A stretch of DNA of 64,000 bases. Origin: Candidatus Saccharimonadia bacterium. GTDB lineage: Bacteria; Patescibacteriota; Saccharimonadia; UBA4664. The stretch's first letter is position 1, and the number at the start of each line of letters is the position of its first letter. The DNA is taken from positions 6,147-70,146 of the forward strand of contig JBGTMQ010000019.1 of NCBI GenBank assembly GCA_041743505.1, given 5' to 3'. The notes beneath the pieces are model-generated. The model made no database searches and was not told the origin of the DNA. It saw only the letters and a program-made list of their open reading frames with translations. Shown here in pieces: positions 47,284 to 58,989 of the stretch. A program made the position numbers and the translations under genes.

Positions 47284-47664
47284 ATGCAGAATAACGACCC
47301 GACATCCCGGCCGCCGGCCACCGCCACACCAGCTGGCACTCCGCTCCCGCCACCAACTCAGCCCGACCCTATGACGGTACTCAACCCCGGACCGAGCGGC
47401 GCGTTGACCGACCCTGACCAGACTGATACCAGCAAAATTGCCATGATAGTCCTAGCCGTTCTGCTGGTCATAGCAGTGGGCATCGCCGCTTGGCAATTCG
47501 TGCCGTGGCCAAAGCCCGACACGCCCCGCCCGGCAGCGACGATCAACACCGTCAAGGTCGAAGCGGCCCTCGTCCAAGTCGATGCAGCCTTCGATGACCT
47601 CGATAGTAATATGGCGGGAGTCGATCCGGCCCTCAGCGACGTCCAGGGGAGTCTTAACGAATGA
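47284..47664 (+). CDS. Pro-rich single-pass membrane protein
   Basis: Pro/Thr-rich N-terminus and a TM helix (IAMIVLAVLLVIAVGIAAW). Confidence 0.4.
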   Translation: MQNNDPTSRPPATATPAGTPLPPPTQPDPMTVLNPGPSGALTDPDQTDTSKIAMIVLAVLLVIAVGIAAWQFVPWPKPDTPRPAATINTVKVEAALVQVDAAFDDLDSNMAGVDPALSDVQGSLNE

Positions 47665-48422
47665 AAAAACACAACATAGGCATCAAAATCTTTCTGGTTT
47701 TACTCGCCATAATATTTGCAGCGCTGCCTCTAGCTGCAGCCCTGGGCTCCGATACTCTGCCGGCACCTACCCCCGCCTCAACAGTCGCGCCGTCACTAGA
47801 ACAGCCAAAGCGGCTCAATAACCTCAAAACCCGTGGCGCCTCCGAGATAGACCGCCGCCTCGACCGGCTGCAACAGGCCCTCGATAAGGCGCAAACCGGC
47901 ACCAAGCTGCCAGAATCTACCAAGAAGCAGTTGGTCAGCCAGTTGCAAAACGAGATCACCTCACTCACCAATATCAAGAGCAAGCTATCCTCCGGCACCG
48001 ACCTGGCGGCCGCCCGCCTGGACGTCCAAAAAATCATCGACGATTACCGGGTCTATGGCTTGTTACTGCCCAAGGCGCGGATAATCGCAGCAGCCGACCG
48101 GTACTATTTAGCAGAAGAGCGCCTCAAGCTGCTCCGGGCTCAGTTGCAGCATGGCATCAATGTAGCCAAGCAGCAGGGCAAAAACGTCACGGCGCTGCAG
48201 AAGTCCCAGGATAACCTCATCAAACGGCTGGCCGCTGCGGAAAAGCATTACAAAGAGTTGCCCAATAAGCTCATTAATCTGCCGACGGCCGACTATCCGG
48301 CCAGCCACAAGCTACTGGCCCAAAGTACCGCCGGCCTCAAGGCCGCCCGTACCGATATTGCCGTCGCCGAAGACGAGGCCAAAAAGATCTTGACCGGTCT
48401 GCGTGGGTACAGCAAGTCATGA
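47661..48422 (+). CDS. Secreted coiled-coil protein
   Basis: Signal peptide and long heptad-like helical regions. 4-nt overlaps with both flanking genes. Confidence 0.45.
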   Translation: MKKHNIGIKIFLVLLAIIFAALPLAAALGSDTLPAPTPASTVAPSLEQPKRLNNLKTRGASEIDRRLDRLQQALDKAQTGTKLPESTKKQLVSQLQNEITSLTNIKSKLSSGTDLAAARLDVQKIIDDYRVYGLLLPKARIIAAADRYYLAEERLKLLRAQLQHGINVAKQQGKNVTALQKSQDNLIKRLAAAEKHYKELPNKLINLPTADYPASHKLLAQSTAGLKAARTDIAVAEDEAKKILTGLRGYSKS

Positions 48423-49582
48423 CCAAGAGGGGAATTATGGAGTCAAAAGTTGACATCGGGCCGGCTGCACTCGAGGAGCATCGCCGCCTACAGGGCAAGC
48501 TCGAAATCCTCTCTAAAGCCCCGATCAAGGACGCCGCCGCGCTCAGCATTTACTACACCCCCGGCGTCGGCGCCGTATCCAGCTACCTCGCCGAGAACCC
48601 TGAGGACATGGCCAAATTCACCATCAAAGGCAACACCGTCGCCGTCGTCAGCGACGGATCGGCCGTCCTCGGTCTTGGCAACATCGGCCCGGCCGGCGCC
48701 GCTCCGGTCATGGAAGGCAAAGCCCAACTCTTTCGCGAGCTGGCCGGCGTCAACGCTTTCCCAATCGTGCTCGACACTCAGGACACTGAACAAATCATCC
48801 AGACCGTCAAAAACATCGCCCCCATATTCGGCGGCATCAACCTCGAAGACATCTCCGCCCCCCGCTGCTTTGAAATCGAACGCCGCCTCATCAATGAACT
48901 AGACATCCCCGTCATGCACGACGACCAGCACGGCACTGCCATCGTTGTCCTGGCCGGCCTCATCAACGCTGCCAAAGTCACCAGCCGCCAGGTCAAAGAT
49001 ATGCGCATCGTCATCATCGGCGCGGGCGCAGCCGGTATAGCCGTGGCCAAACTGCTCCACCGCTATGGCGTGGCCGACATCCTCATGATCGACCGCCAAG
49101 GTATCATTGCCCACGACCGCTCAGGCCTTAACGACTCCAAGCGCGAGCTCGCCGCCTTCACTAACCGCGACCACCGCACCGGCTCCCTCGACGACTCGCT
49201 CACCGGCGCCGATGTCCTCATCGGTGTCTCCGGCGCCGGCCTCATCACTGAAGACCAGGCCCGTCGTATGAACACCCAATCCATCGTCTTCGCCATGGCC
49301 AACCCGACGCCCGAAATCATGCCCGGCGTAGCCAAACGCGCCGGCGTCGCCGTCATGGCTACCGGCCGCTCCGATTTCCCCAACCAGGTCAACAACGCCC
49401 TCGGTTTTCCTGGCATCTTCCGGGGCGCCCTCGACCACGGCGTCCACCGTATCACCGAAGACATGAAACTAGCCGCAGCCGTTGCTCTGGCCGGAATCAT
49501 CACCGAGCCCACTCCAGAGCTCATCATCCCGTCACCGTTTGACCCTCGTGTGGTACCGGCGGTCGCTGCGGCCATCAAATAA
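48419..49582 (+). CDS. maeA: NAD(P)-dependent malic enzyme (short form)
   Basis: Motifs LSIYYTPGVGAVS, VVSDGSAVLGLGNIGPAGAAPVMEGKAQLF and the NAD-binding IVIIGAGAAGIA. Confidence 0.85.
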   Translation: MTKRGIMESKVDIGPAALEEHRRLQGKLEILSKAPIKDAAALSIYYTPGVGAVSSYLAENPEDMAKFTIKGNTVAVVSDGSAVLGLGNIGPAGAAPVMEGKAQLFRELAGVNAFPIVLDTQDTEQIIQTVKNIAPIFGGINLEDISAPRCFEIERRLINELDIPVMHDDQHGTAIVVLAGLINAAKVTSRQVKDMRIVIIGAGAAGIAVAKLLHRYGVADILMIDRQGIIAHDRSGLNDSKRELAAFTNRDHRTGSLDDSLTGADVLIGVSGAGLITEDQARRMNTQSIVFAMANPTPEIMPGVAKRAGVAVMATGRSDFPNQVNNALGFPGIFRGALDHGVHRITEDMKLAAAVALAGIITEPTPELIIPSPFDPRVVPAVAAAIK

Positions 49583-49995
49583 ATCAAAACATCAGTCAAA
49601 AGCCTGATCAGTTTCTTCATATGGCTCATGAGCAAGATGGTCCGCGCATGAGGTCACTGGACCTGCGCTACTACATGGCAATGGTTACGTTACCGGTACA
49701 GGAGTGTCTGTCCCGGTCAGGCCCTCGAAAAGGATCGTATCCGTAACTGTTGCGCTGCCGTGTGGCCTTAGAGTATTTGGCCATAATTGAAGTTCTTTGC
49801 AGAGTTTCAGTACATATGTGACCCCAGCCTTTGCCGTCATTCCTAAACCACCTTTCGTCATTTAGCGAAAAAGTCTTTGCCATAATATCAAAAATGCCTC
49901 AGAGAACTTTGGCCTCGAGGCATTATATAGTTACTTGGGGTTAGCCCCCGAAGTCGCTAGGCGACTCCGGGGACCCTGCCCTACTTCTGTTTCAG

Positions 49996-50547
49996 CTAGC
50001 GCCGGATACGCTCCGCGCACATTGCCGCCACCCCATCCGTGACACAGCGGGAAACAAAATGCATACCCGCCGGGCCGTAGACCCAGCCGGGGATTTCCCG
50101 GCCGTCACTTAGGGCCGGCCGGGAGGTTGCACCGGTCATGAGCTCACCCACGTTCTTGGTTACATATGCGCCGCCAGGGTAGACGTACAGCTTAGCGGCC
50201 AGGTCAGTCTTGAGCTGGGTTTCCTCTTCGACTGGAACGCCATCAACCGCCTTAGCCAGCAAAGCCTGAATCTCGTTGCCGAGCTGGATGGCCCGGTCGG
50301 ACTCCGCCTTGTTGTTGCGGGCGTCCAACTCGTTCACCTCGCGGTACGTTTTGAGGCTCGCCAGATCTTCGTTGTGCTGTTTCTGGAGCTCCCCGATCGT
50401 GGCCGAAGCCACCGCGGCCTGCTTCTGCAGGTCCTCGATCGTGTTCCCGCGAATAACCGCAAGGAACAAGAATACGACCGCCAGGGCAGCGAAAACGACG
50501 GCCAGGATCCACGGCAAGCTCAGGCGGGAAGAGGTTCGGGTTGTCAT
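49996..50547 (-). CDS. Membrane-anchored hypothetical protein
   Basis: RBS AAGGTGaaattcATG. N-terminal TM helix and a coiled-coil segment. Confidence 0.45.
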   Translation of the reverse strand: MTTRTSSRLSLPWILAVVFAALAVVFLFLAVIRGNTIEDLQKQAAVASATIGELQKQHNEDLASLKTYREVNELDARNNKAESDRAIQLGNEIQALLAKAVDGVPVEEETQLKTDLAAKLYVYPGGAYVTKNVGELMTGATSRPALSDGREIPGWVYGPAGMHFVSRCVTDGVAAMCAERIRR

Positions 50548-50632
50548 GAATTTCACCTTACTGAAGGGGCCCGTAGGCCAAAAAGTAGGATAATTAACAT
50601 TGTAGCATAAAATTGCCACAAAGTCAAATTAA

Positions 50633-50659
50633 GTTAGCACTCTTGACGCTTGAGTGCTA
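50633..50659 (+). promoter_or_regulatory. CIRCE operator (TTAGCACTC-N9-GAGTGCTAA) upstream of hrcA
   Basis: Perfect CIRCE consensus overlapping a TTGACG...TATAGT promoter. Confidence 0.9.
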
Positions 50660-50681
50660 AACCTCGTATAGTAGTAATATT

Positions 50682-51374
50682 ATGACGCCGCGCCAACAAG
50701 ACATTCTCAAAGCCATTGTTGAGCTCTACGCCGCCACTGCCGAGCCGGTCGGCTCATCGTCCTTGGCTGCCCAGTTCGAGATGTCCAGCGCCACTATTCG
50801 TTCCGAAATGGCCGAACTGGAGCGCCTAGGCTACATCATGCAGCCGCACATTTCCGCCGGCCGGGTGCCCACCGACAAAGGTTACCGGTCCTACGTCAAC
50901 GGCCTGGAAGACCGCCCCGGCGACACCCGCCACCAAGCCGCCCTCGAACGCCAGGTCCGCAGCTCCGGCGAGCTCGAGCGCTCCATCAAGAACGCCGTGG
51001 AGAGCCTAGCGCACGTCACTCGCAACCTTGGCCTTGGCACCATTGGCAACAACCTCTATCTCAGCGGTATGGCCGGGCTGTTCCAGCATCCCGAGTTCTA
51101 TGGCGGCCGCGAGGCCTATGAGGTTGCCCGCCTACTCGACAGCCTCGAAGAATGGCTACAGGAAGCCGCCCCCAACGATCCCATCAGTGTTTACATCGGC
51201 CACGAAAACCCCATCGGGCGCACTAGCGGCGCCACACTCATCATTAGCCGCTTCGAGTCGCCCTACAGTGCCCGGAGCTACATAGGCGTCCTCGGACCGA
51301 CCCGCCAGGACTACGGCTCAGTCATCGGCCTGGTGGGCTATACCGGCAGATTACTAGAGGAGACCTTAGCTTAA
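50682..51374 (+). CDS. hrcA: Heat-inducible transcription repressor HrcA (short form)
   Basis: N-terminal wHTH (ILKAIVELYAATAEPVGSSSLA). Lies upstream of grpE-dnaK with CIRCE. Confidence 0.8.
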   Translation: MTPRQQDILKAIVELYAATAEPVGSSSLAAQFEMSSATIRSEMAELERLGYIMQPHISAGRVPTDKGYRSYVNGLEDRPGDTRHQAALERQVRSSGELERSIKNAVESLAHVTRNLGLGTIGNNLYLSGMAGLFQHPEFYGGREAYEVARLLDSLEEWLQEAAPNDPISVYIGHENPIGRTSGATLIISRFESPYSARSYIGVLGPTRQDYGSVIGLVGYTGRLLEETLA

Positions 51375-51375
51375 A

Positions 51376-51903
51376 ATGACCAAGAAAGACCCCAAACAAT
51401 CCAGCGCCAAGCAGCGCAACCAGCAGCATACCGAAGTGCATGTTGAAACACACTCCGAGCAGCATACCTCGGGTGGCGCCAGTGACGTCCAAACAACCGA
51501 ACTCATGGCCGATCTCCAGCGTGTCCAGGCCGAATTTATCAACTACAAGCGCCGGGCCGAGCAAGAACGCGGCGAGATTATGACTGCCGCCAAAGCCCGC
51601 GTCGCCCGCGAGTTCCTCACTGTCCGCGACAGTTTCGACCAGGAACTAGCCCATCGCCCGGCCAAGATGGACGCAGCTTGGGCAGCCTCCATCGACAGCA
51701 TCCGCGCTCAATTTGACGCCGTCCTCAAAAACCTGGGCGTCGAACGCTTCGACAGCCTCGGCCAGCCATTTGATCCCCATCGCCACGAAGCCATTGCCAC
51801 CAACGGCGACGGGGACACCGTCATCGAGGAACTCCAGGCCGGCTATCAGCTGGGCGATACCGTCCTCCGCCACGCCATCGTCAGAGTAGGACAGCCTGAT
51901 TGA
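51376..51903 (+). CDS. grpE: Nucleotide exchange factor GrpE
   Basis: GrpE coiled-coil and C-terminal motifs (FINYKRRAEQE, FDPHRHEAIA). Confidence 0.85.
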   Translation: MTKKDPKQSSAKQRNQQHTEVHVETHSEQHTSGGASDVQTTELMADLQRVQAEFINYKRRAEQERGEIMTAAKARVAREFLTVRDSFDQELAHRPAKMDAAWAASIDSIRAQFDAVLKNLGVERFDSLGQPFDPHRHEAIATNGDGDTVIEELQAGYQLGDTVLRHAIVRVGQPD

Positions 51904-51961
51904 CATTCCCAAACCCAGGTGTTTAGCTATCACTAGCAATTAACTGGAAGAACCGAAAAAC

Positions 51962-52444
51962 ATGTCTATGCTCGCCGCGACTCCTGCATATTCCCCCGAT
52001 GAAGCCACCGCTACGGGCCTTATGGTCATCTTGCCGATAATGCTCGTCCTTTATGTCATTCCATCAATCATCGTCACCTGGAAGCTTTACACCAAAGCGG
52101 GCAAACCAGGCTGGGCAGCCATTATACCTGTCTATACCAACATGGTTATGGCCGAAATTGGCCAAAAACCGGTGGGGTTGGGTGTCGCCGCCGGTGTCCT
52201 GGGCCTTATCAGCAACATCAAATTTCCCGGCTCCAGTATACTCGCGCTCATCTCCTTGGTTCTCGTCATCGTGCTCGTCGTCGCCATGGCCCGCCAATAT
52301 AACCGTGGCGTCGGTTTCTGGATCAGCTATGTACTACTGCCAGTAATCACACTCTTCCTGGTTAAAGATACCAAGTACATTGGCGCCCAAGGCTCAGCAC
52401 CAGTAGCTACACCCGAGACGCCTGCCACACCACCATCTCAGTAG
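51962..52444 (+). CDS. Hypothetical membrane protein
   Basis: 4 TM helices. Inserted between grpE and dnaK. Confidence 0.45.
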   Translation: MSMLAATPAYSPDEATATGLMVILPIMLVLYVIPSIIVTWKLYTKAGKPGWAAIIPVYTNMVMAEIGQKPVGLGVAAGVLGLISNIKFPGSSILALISLVLVIVLVVAMARQYNRGVGFWISYVLLPVITLFLVKDTKYIGAQGSAPVATPETPATPPSQ

Positions 52445-52544
52445 CAATATCCTTGTAGTATCGGAAAATCAATGCTATCTTACATGTGCCCTAGTTGACC
52501 GCTGCGTAAACACGCAGCTTGTTCATTGGAAGATGAGGTGTCGG

Positions 52545-53333
52545 ATGAGTGGTATGGCTATTATTGACAGGCTGGACATCCCCGGCGCAACCGTAGTCCG
52601 GCAAGACGGCAGTTTGCTGACCTTGCGTCTCGACAGCCCCCGCATGGGCCATGATTGCTCTACTAGGTATGATGAGGATGGCACTAACCACCACGATCAC
52701 GAAACACCCCTAGATGACCCGGTTGACTACTCAGGTGATCTAACAGTCCGCGCTTGGGACGTGCCGGTCGCCAAGGAATTTTTTGAGCGTATCTCCTCCA
52801 TCGCCGTCACCAATGCCGACGCGCATGAGGCCATCCATTTCCCCGGAATGTTTGATCCGTTGTGGCTAAGCCGGCTGCCGTTACCACCGTCGGAGCGCTC
52901 GACCTCTTTGACGAACTACGAAGGCTTCTGGCGGGGCGACGATGCTGATGCCTACAAAGATGTCGGCGCCCGGCTAACCCGGGTCCATGAGAGCATCGAC
53001 ACGCGTCATAGCGGGTGGTACAGTCTCGTAGCCCTGCACCTCGAGCACCTGATGGACTGCCAAGTACGGTCCGATATGTACCAGTCATCTGATGGCGACG
53101 ACTCGCTTCACCCCCACTTCGACAACTGGCTAGGGCTCATCACGCAAATGTCCGGGGAGAAAGTCTGGACGCTTTGGGAAGCGCCAGGTCAGCCTCCTCG
53201 CCAGCTTATCACCCGCGCAGGCGACGTGCTACTCATGCCGAAGACGGTGAAGCACGCCGTAAGCACCCCCGACTCATCGACCCACTTGGTCTTCACCATT
53301 ATGCAGCACAAGCCGCTTTTGCGCTCTGCATAA
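52545..53333 (+). CDS. JmjC/cupin-like putative 2-oxoglutarate/Fe(II) oxygenase
   Basis: HxD...H triad candidates (LHPHFD ... VKHAV) in a cupin-like C-terminal half. RBS AGGTGtcggATG. Alternative starts at 52533 and 52554. Confidence 0.4.
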   Translation: MSGMAIIDRLDIPGATVVRQDGSLLTLRLDSPRMGHDCSTRYDEDGTNHHDHETPLDDPVDYSGDLTVRAWDVPVAKEFFERISSIAVTNADAHEAIHFPGMFDPLWLSRLPLPPSERSTSLTNYEGFWRGDDADAYKDVGARLTRVHESIDTRHSGWYSLVALHLEHLMDCQVRSDMYQSSDGDDSLHPHFDNWLGLITQMSGEKVWTLWEAPGQPPRQLITRAGDVLLMPKTVKHAVSTPDSSTHLVFTIMQHKPLLRSA

Positions 53334-53479
53334 GGCGGGGAAGGATAGCTCAAACAATGCCCGCAAGCGATGCCATCGTGCACTGCTTGCGGGCATCTTC
53401 TATAGAGGCGTTATTAAGTCAAATTACATATGTAGAATGACTTAATAGTCGTGGTACTGAGATCATACCGCCATTCTCG

Positions 53480-53506
53480 TTAGCACTCTTGACATGAGAG
53501 TGCTAA
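53480..53506 (+). promoter_or_regulatory. CIRCE operator upstream of dnaK
   Basis: TTAGCACTCttgacatgaGAGTGCTAA, a second perfect CIRCE. Confidence 0.9.
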
Positions 53507-53563
53507 TTTTTTAGTATTAGCTCAACGGATTCATCATCCCCATTTACGTTCAAAGGAGAAATT

Positions 53564-55486
<1,923 letters not shown>

Positions 55487-55580
55487 AAACAAGTGAAGGC
55501 GAACCTGCCATCTAAAGATGGTTCGCTTGCGCCACTCCATTGCGTCAAGGTCGATATAACTAGACATACCTTCAACAAGG

Positions 55581-55679
55581 TACTGGAATTTTTCTAGTCG
55601 ACAGCCATGGGCTCATTAATTTTGCCTACCCCAAGCCACATAAAAGGGGAAGAGGCGCCTTACTAGAAAAATTCCAGTA
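55581..55679. repeat. MITE-like element: 18-bp perfect terminal inverted repeat TACTGGAATTTTTCTAGT flanking a 63-nt spacer
   Basis: Left arm at 55581-55598, right arm (reverse complement) at 55662-55679. Confidence 0.55.
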
Positions 55680-55774
55680 GGTACTCAAACATAAAAGTAA
55701 ATTCTTCAGTCCCAAACCCACCCCACAAGCATGTATCGCCCTCGCCAAATTTAGACCAAAGGACAAAGAGGTAG

Positions 55775-56632
55775 ATGAGCCAAGAATTAGTGATCCGCTC
55801 CCCCCAATCCAAAGAGTTTCAAGCCATCCGCCGGCTGCGTTACGAGATTTTGGATCAAGACAAGGGTATGGAGCTCAAGACTATCAGCAGGACGGACGAC
55901 ATGCCGGCCACTGTTCATATGGCTGCCTTCATTAACAGCGAAGTAGTCTGTACCATCCGCCTAAATCCGCTCGAGGACGATCCAGCAGTATACTTGGTCC
56001 GACGAATGGCTACCAGCATAAACTACCAGGGGCAGGGAATCGGCGCCAAAGTACTACGAGCCGCCGAAGCCGAGGCTATCCGGCGAGGCGCCAAAGGTTT
56101 TGTACTGGACGCGCGCGAAAAGGCAGTCGCCTTCTACGCCCGGGCCGGTTACTGGCCGACCGGCCAGCGGCCAATTCACGCTGGAGATGTTAATATCACC
56201 ATGGTAAAGTCAGCCCCAGGAATCAACCAAGACTTCCACCCGCCCATCTCCATCAAAAGCGTTGTCTTCGAAGATAACCGGGTCTGGCTGCGCCGGAACG
56301 AGTTCAACAAATGGGAGCTACCCGGCGGCCGCCTCGAGAATGGCGAGCAGCCGGTGGAAACAATCATCCGCGAGCTGAACGAAGAGCTGGGCATAGAGGC
56401 ATCAGTTGAGCGGTTATTGGATACAACGGTCTGGTACAAGAATTGGGGTAAAAATCACGAGATAATGATTATCAGTTATCTTTGCCGGCTCAAGCGCTGC
56501 GTAGGAGGGGTCGAACATATTGGCGAAGCCGGCCCGGCCGAATTTCGCACTTTCGCGCTCGACGAGCTGGCCGACCTCGATCTGCCTGAGCCGTACCGCA
56601 GGGCAATTTCTTTGAGCAAAAAGGCAGCTTAA
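55775..56632 (+). CDS. GNAT acetyltransferase-NUDIX hydrolase fusion protein
   Basis: N-terminal GNAT (INYQGQGIGAKVLRAAE). C-terminal Nudix box GGRLENGEQPVETIIRELNEELGI. Confidence 0.7.
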   Translation: MSQELVIRSPQSKEFQAIRRLRYEILDQDKGMELKTISRTDDMPATVHMAAFINSEVVCTIRLNPLEDDPAVYLVRRMATSINYQGQGIGAKVLRAAEAEAIRRGAKGFVLDAREKAVAFYARAGYWPTGQRPIHAGDVNITMVKSAPGINQDFHPPISIKSVVFEDNRVWLRRNEFNKWELPGGRLENGEQPVETIIRELNEELGIEASVERLLDTTVWYKNWGKNHEIMIISYLCRLKRCVGGVEHIGEAGPAEFRTFALDELADLDLPEPYRRAISLSKKAA

Positions 56633-56894
56633 GCCTCCCCCACAGTCAGAACCAGTACAATCGCTCCAACATAACAAGGCAAATGCTGGCGGGAGGAGTC
56701 GGCCTCCTAGGTTATTGGCGCGCACAAAGAAGGCAAGCCAGCAACATTTAGTAGGTACTCAAACAAACTAATTGAATCGGCCCGGGGCCCGCATGCTATC
56801 CAATATTGACTAACCCCCAGCATCTTGATAATATTATCTTGCATCGCCCCGTGTTGCTCGCCAGAGCTCAGCGGGGTATTTTTTTGGAGAATTT

Positions 56895-57530
56895 ATGAAA
56901 ATTTATATTGATGGCGAAAATTTCCGCCATAAGGCAGTAGATATATTACAGTCCGGCCGCATTATCGCCAATTCCCGCGAAATGGGGAAGTATCCCTTGC
57001 GCAAGCTCCTCGAAGACGTCCTGGCCTCAAAGGATGTAGAAATTGTCTACTACTCTTCTCGGCTAAAACTACCCCGTGGCTACCAGCCCTCAGACCAAAT
57101 CCTCGAAAAAGCCGAAATCATCAAAGAATTCAACCGGCATTGGGTCGCCCAGCTAAGAACTCAAAACATCCAGCACATCAAAGCCGGCTACCTAAAAGTT
57201 AAAAATGCCGATTCGTGCCCCAATTGCGGTCACCGGCAAGAGATATTGCAAGAGAAAGGCGTGGACGTCCGCATCGCTGTCGATCTCATCACCGACTCAC
57301 ACGACACCGATAGCAAAACCATTGCTCTCATGAGCTCAGACAGTGATCTCATCCCGGCCCTCGACCGCATCCAACGCTCAGGCATTAAGGTAATTTATAT
57401 TTGTTTTGCCAACGCCGTAAACCAAGCCATGAGCTCAACTGCCGATGAAACCATTACCATCCCGACTGCCAAAGTCCGGCAAATATACCAGCATGCGACA
57501 AACGAAGATCGCCCGGCTGGCAGGGAATAA
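56895..57530 (+). CDS. NYN-domain (LabA-like) ribonuclease with inserted zinc ribbon
   Basis: MKIYIDGENF, GVDVRIAVDLI, SSDSDLIPA, plus CPNCGH. Confidence 0.6.
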   Translation: MKIYIDGENFRHKAVDILQSGRIIANSREMGKYPLRKLLEDVLASKDVEIVYYSSRLKLPRGYQPSDQILEKAEIIKEFNRHWVAQLRTQNIQHIKAGYLKVKNADSCPNCGHRQEILQEKGVDVRIAVDLITDSHDTDSKTIALMSSDSDLIPALDRIQRSGIKVIYICFANAVNQAMSSTADETITIPTAKVRQIYQHATNEDRPAGRE

Positions 57531-57586
57531 CCCTTCACCAGCCTGCTTATGCTCCACAAAGCAAACGTTATGCGCTATTATGGCTG

Positions 57587-58036
57587 ATGAAGAATTCTCA
57601 CCCTCAACTTATTCGCGAGACGCTGCTCGACCTGGTTCTCGTCGACCAGGGCGGAGCCATTTGGCTTCAACAAGGCAAAGAATATAACAGCGATTGGCGA
57701 CTCATCGACCGCCAAACCACCACCGCCGATCTCATAGACTATGCCTATGAGCAACTCACCGGCCTGGGCTTTCTCGTGCATGAATTAACCCTATTGCGCG
57801 AGGGCTCCACCTTCTGGACCTACGAGGGCAAGCATAAACGAGCCCATCACGCAGTTATCCTAGCCGAGGTAAATTACGCCTACCCGCCGACCGAAACATC
57901 CACCCACTACCTGGGAGCCTTCCCGTATAACGAAGCGGCCGCCATTCCTCAGCGCTTTTTCTCCGACCTGCGTCTCTTAAACGACCCCGCCATCGAGGCC
58001 GCCAGCCGCCGCATTCAGCAAAACAGGCTCGCGTAG
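57587..58036 (+). CDS. Hypothetical protein (149 aa)
   Basis: ORF only, with a weak RBS. Confidence 0.35.
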   Translation: MKNSHPQLIRETLLDLVLVDQGGAIWLQQGKEYNSDWRLIDRQTTTADLIDYAYEQLTGLGFLVHELTLLREGSTFWTYEGKHKRAHHAVILAEVNYAYPPTETSTHYLGAFPYNEAAAIPQRFFSDLRLLNDPAIEAASRRIQQNRLA

Positions 58037-58097
58037 CCATTCTATAGTTGACGGTTATGCATACTTTCAAGTAGGGTGACAGGTAAGGAGGTTAGTT

Positions 58098-58919
58098 GTG
58101 ACCATAACTATCTCATCTCGCTCGCTGCTTATCGCAGCCGGTGCAGTTGTCGCAATTGCTGGACTCGCTGTGGCCCTCAGCGTCTATGCCCGCAACGCCG
58201 AACCAAAGCGGGCCAGCCTGTTCGACGCCGATAAAAAAGCCATTGCCATGCAGCTGGTCTCAAGTGCCGAAAACTCCACCCTGGACTGGAAGGGTCAGTA
58301 TGGCTTCATCAAAGACATTGGTGACGGCCGCGGTTATACCGCCGGCATTATTGGCTTTACCTCTGCTACGCACGACATGCTGGCACTGGTGAAGCACTAT
58401 ACCTCTACTTCTCCCGGCAACGTCCTGGCCAAATACCTGCCCGCCCTCGAAAAAGTTGACGGCACGCCCTCGCACGAGGGCCTCGATCCGGACTTTGTCA
58501 CCGCTTGGAAGGACGCCGCCACCGACCCCAAGTTCCAGCAGGCCCAGGACCATGAACGCGACCGGCTATACTTCGAGCCGTCAGTCGACCAGGCCATCGC
58601 GGACGGACTGGGTGCGCTTGGCCAGTTTATGTACTACGATGCAACCGTTGTGCATGGTCCTGGTAATGAAGACATCAGCTTTAGCGGCATCCGGAAGGCC
58701 GCCATGAAAAAAGCCAAAACGCCAACCGATGGTGGCGACGAAGCCAAATATCTCAACGCCTTCTTGGATGCCCGTCGCATAGTCATGCTCAAAGAAACTG
58801 CCCATCAAAATACCGACCGGGTCGATCTCGGCCAGCGTAAATTCCTCCGCGAAGGTAACCTTGAACTTAAGCCACCACTCAAATGGACCACCTACGGCGA
58901 TCGGTTCTCAATCAAATAG
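58098..58919 (+). CDS. Glycoside hydrolase family 46 chitosanase, membrane-anchored
   Basis: GH46 catalytic-region signature AENSTLDWKGQYGFIKDIGDGRGYTAGIIGFTSATHDML. N-terminal TM. RBS AAGGAGGttagttGTG. Confidence 0.65.
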   Translation: MTITISSRSLLIAAGAVVAIAGLAVALSVYARNAEPKRASLFDADKKAIAMQLVSSAENSTLDWKGQYGFIKDIGDGRGYTAGIIGFTSATHDMLALVKHYTSTSPGNVLAKYLPALEKVDGTPSHEGLDPDFVTAWKDAATDPKFQQAQDHERDRLYFEPSVDQAIADGLGALGQFMYYDATVVHGPGNEDISFSGIRKAAMKKAKTPTDGGDEAKYLNAFLDARRIVMLKETAHQNTDRVDLGQRKFLREGNLELKPPLKWTTYGDRFSIK

Positions 58920-58989
58920 CCGGCTACAACGAACTACTTAGGTTGGCACTCTCATACTCAGACTGCTATAATTGGTCCTGTATTTAGAC

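Noticed and set aside
49671-49883. 70-aa minus-strand ORF downstream of the malic enzyme gene
   Set aside because: It starts immediately after a terminator hairpin, without a promoter or RBS. Its composition is unremarkable. Retained only as a possible small protein, without support.
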